DNA of 64,000 bases from the human T2T-CHM13v2.0 reference genome, Homo sapiens. Under the pieces are notes generated by a model. The model did not search any database and was not told where the DNA came from. It worked only from the letters and a program-made list of their open reading frames with translations. The stretch lies in the NCBI RefSeq assembly GCF_009914755.1, contig NC_060933.1. The stretch is one strand, 5' to 3'. Position 1 is the stretch's first letter; every line of letters starts with the position of its first letter. Positions 60,890 to 64,000 of the stretch are shown here, piece after piece. The translations under genes were made by a program, and so were the position numbers.

Positions 60890-63303
60890 AGATTTGCTCT
60901 TTTGTGGCTATTTTCTAGTTTCTGTAGGTTGCTTTATTATTTTCTATTCTTTTTTCTTTTGTCTTCTCTGACTGTATTTTCAAACAGCCTGTCTTCAAGC
61001 TCATTAATTCTTTCTTCTGTTTGATCAATTCTGCTATTGAAAGACTGTTGCATTCTTCACTATGTCCATTGTGTTTTTCAGCTCCAGAATTTGTTTGATT
61101 CTTTTAAATTATTTCAATCTCTTTGTTAAATTTATCAGGTAGAATTCTGAACTCCTTCCTTGTGTTATTTTGAATTTCTTTGAGTTTCCTTAATAGAGCT
61201 ATTTTAAATTCCCTGTCTAGGTCACATATCTGTTTCTCCTGGATTGGTCCCTGGTGCCTTATTTACTTCATTTGGTGAGGTCATGTTTTCTTGGATAGTG
61301 TTGATGCTAGTAGATGTTCTTCAGTGTCTGGGCATTGAAAGGGTTAGGTGTTTAGTTTAGCCTTTGCTGTCTGAGCTTATTTGTAGCTGTCCTCCCTGGG
61401 AAGGCTTTCTAGATATTTGACAGGACTTGGGTGCTGTGATTTAAGATGTATCTGCTTTTGGCGGCATCCCAAGTCAAATAATGCTGTGATTCTTGCAGAC
61501 TTAGACTTACAGAGGTACTGCCTTGATGGTCTTGGACAAGATCTGGGGGAGTTCTCTGGATTACCAGTCAGAGACCCTTGTTCTTTTCTCTTACTTTCTC
61601 CTAAAAATATAGTCTCTTTCTTTGTTATCAGTCACCTAAAGCTGAGTGACACAAGCACCCCTGTGGCCACCACCACTATGACTGCACTGGGTCAGACCTG
61701 AAGCCAGCACAGCACTGTGTCTCAGAAAGGCCTGCTGTAACCAGTCCCTGACCCAAGGCCTGCTGTAACCAGTCCCTGGCTACTGCCTATGTTCGCTGAA
61801 GGGCCTAGGGTTCTATAATTAGCAGGTGGCAAATCCATCCAGGCCTATGTCCTTCCCTTTAGGGAGAGGTCCCCCAAGCCCTAGGTGGGCCCAGAAGTTC
61901 TGTTTGGGAGTGGGGTACTAGAGTCAAAAGCCTTCATCTACCTGATATTCTATTGCAGTGTGGCTAAGCTGTCACTTATGCCACAAGATGGAAGCAGAGG
62001 AGCCTCACCCTGTAGCTACTACCAACCGAGGCCATGGTGAGTACTGCCAGACTAACACTCATCTTCCCTTAAGGCCCACAGTCTCTAAAGTCAGCTTGTC
62101 ATGAAGGCTACCTGGCCTGGGACTCACCCTTCAGGGCAGTGGGTTCCTCTCTGGCCCAGGTTAGGTCCAGAAATGCCATCCAAGAGTCACATCCTGGAAT
62201 CAGGGATCCCAAGAACCCTCTTGGTGCTCTAGTCCCCTGTGGTGATGGTGGTACCTATGGTGCAATACAAAGTCCCTTTTACTTTTCCTTCTGCTTTTCT
62301 CAAGCAGAAGTTTTGTCCCATAGCCACAGCAGCTGGCTATGTACTGAGTCTCACCTGAAGCCAACAAGTCTCAGAGGCTCACCCAAGGCCTTCTACGTAG
62401 TACCTGTGTATTACTACTGGTTATTTAAGGTCCAAGGGCTCTTTGGTTAGCAGGTGATGAATGCTGGCAGGACTGGGTCCTTTCCTTCAAGGCAGTGGGT
62501 TCCCTTCTGGCCCAGGGTGTGTCTAGAAATGTCATCTGTGAGCTAGGCCCTCGAATGGGGGCCTCATGACTCTGACTGGTATCCTATTTTGCTGTGGCTG
62601 AGCTGGTATCATAGATGTAAGACAACATCCTTCCTACTCTTCCCACTCCTCTCCTTAAGTGGAAGGAAGGGGTCTCTTTTGGAGTTGTGAGTTGTAGCCT
62701 GGGGTTAGAGGAGGTATGATGCGAGCACTCCCTTGGCTGCCACAGCTGGTGTCCACTATCTCTGGGCTTAGTTCAGCCCTAGGACTCGCCTAAGAGTTGT
62801 AGTCCTTATGGCCTAGATTGCCTTTCAAGTTTACTTGGAGACAGAGTGCTATAGCCCTTGGAGGCAAGGTTTGGAGGCACTCAAGCTCAGACTTCTGGGA
62901 TTGGTGATTCCCCTCTGGCTAAGCCTGGCTTAAATGTTCCCTCTGTGGGTGGGTGTCAGCTGAGTTTGGTCTGGTTTTCCTTTCTGCTCTGACAGGACAG
63001 CAGTGAGTTCAGTGCATCACAATTGCTGTATTCTCCCTCCCCCAGCACCCAGAGAATCCCTCCATACCATGCCACCAAGGCAGGGAGTGAGGAAGGGGTC
63101 ACAACGGTGATTCAGGACTGTTTTTAGTCTCTTCAGTGCTTCTTTCAGTGATATAAAGTTAAAAGGAGGTACTATGAGTGCTTACTTGATTTTTGGTTCT
63201 TATGAATAGGTGTTTTTTCTGTATAGATAATTGTTAACTTGGTGTCCTTGTGAAGGGCATGATTGGTAGATCTTTCTATTCCGCCATTTTGCTCTGCCCT
63301 CTC
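60890..63303 (-). mobile_element. 5' part of an L1M/L1MA element (ORF1 start and long 5'UTR)
   Basis: 'tctctgactgtattttcaaacagcctgtcttcaagctc', repeated 'gggttcc.tctggcccaggg..gtc.agaaatg.catc' motifs, and terminal YY1-like ccgccattttgctc at 63281-63294. Confidence 0.8.
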
Positions 63304-64000
63304 TCAACAACTTTCTTACCAGGTGGCATTTTGTATTGAAGATAGCCTTAAACCAAATTCTACCAAACCTTCCCATTTTTAATGAGTAAAGATACATTAA
63401 AACAGTTATACTACCTACCTATTCTTGTAAGCCCAGAAAGTGCCTTATTCTCCGACTTTTGGCATTTCTCTAAGCATCTTGAATGAGAGGCTTCCTGTGA
63501 GCCAATGCAACACCATTCTGGTGAGTAGATGTGAACTTCTTATTTGGGTAAATTGATAGTCTTCTGCAGTGTGAAAGGGACATAGGACCAAATACAGCCC
63601 TGGATTGTCCCAAGATATTAAGACACTGGGATTGCTGATTTTATTCTCCTGTTTTAAGAAAGGTTAGTGCGGCCCCAAGTATCTTTCTAACCCATGATAT
63701 ATCCTGAATTTTACTTATTTCCATTTATTTCACCAGAGAAAAATGATTTCTAATATTCTTTATGCTAAGAAACCCTCTGGTGTTTTTGGTAAGCATCTTT
63801 GAAGTTCTTACTAAAATACTTTGGAGGCTGGAATTCCTGATAAGTGAATTTCAGCTGCTAACCAGATGCCTTTTGATTTTATACAGTCTGCACTGAGCAA
63901 TTTTGAGATAAATGACCACATAGCAAGTATTAGTACATGAACATTTCCTGTCTATCTAGTAGTCATTGGCATCAAAGTTTAGAAGTACCTAATCAATCTG

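Noticed and set aside
61727-61778. Short direct duplication aaggcctgctgtaaccagtccctg x2, and similar pairs at ~12928-12969, ~14142-14173 and ~24077-24112
   Set aside because: Ordinary small slippage duplications, or internal repeats of old L1 sequence, with no sign of function.

Overview
This window is primate (human or great-ape-like) nuclear DNA made mostly of transposable elements. I can support no host protein-coding exon, RNA gene or CRISPR array, and every long ORF in the track traces to L1, MaLR/ERV, Alu or simple repeats. Main contents: a full-length but inactivated young L1 (L1PA2/PA3-type, 1013-7063, 16-bp TSD, open antisense ORF0); several older or truncated L1s; two MaLR proviruses that keep both LTRs; an internally deleted HERV-S/HERVL18 provirus (Ser PBS, gag/pol/env remnants); solo LTRs; eight Alus; and MIR, L2 and MER5 fragments. 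I do not see a new biological system. The notable signals are structural: a two-template insertion at ~51 kb, a triplicated Alu tail plus flank at 17.7 kb, an inverted LTR pair at 27.5-28.3 kb, a probably chimeric nest of three L1s at 51.8-63.3 kb, and a strong minus-strand bias of L1s. Subfamily names come from recalled consensus features and need Dfam/RepeatMasker confirmation.
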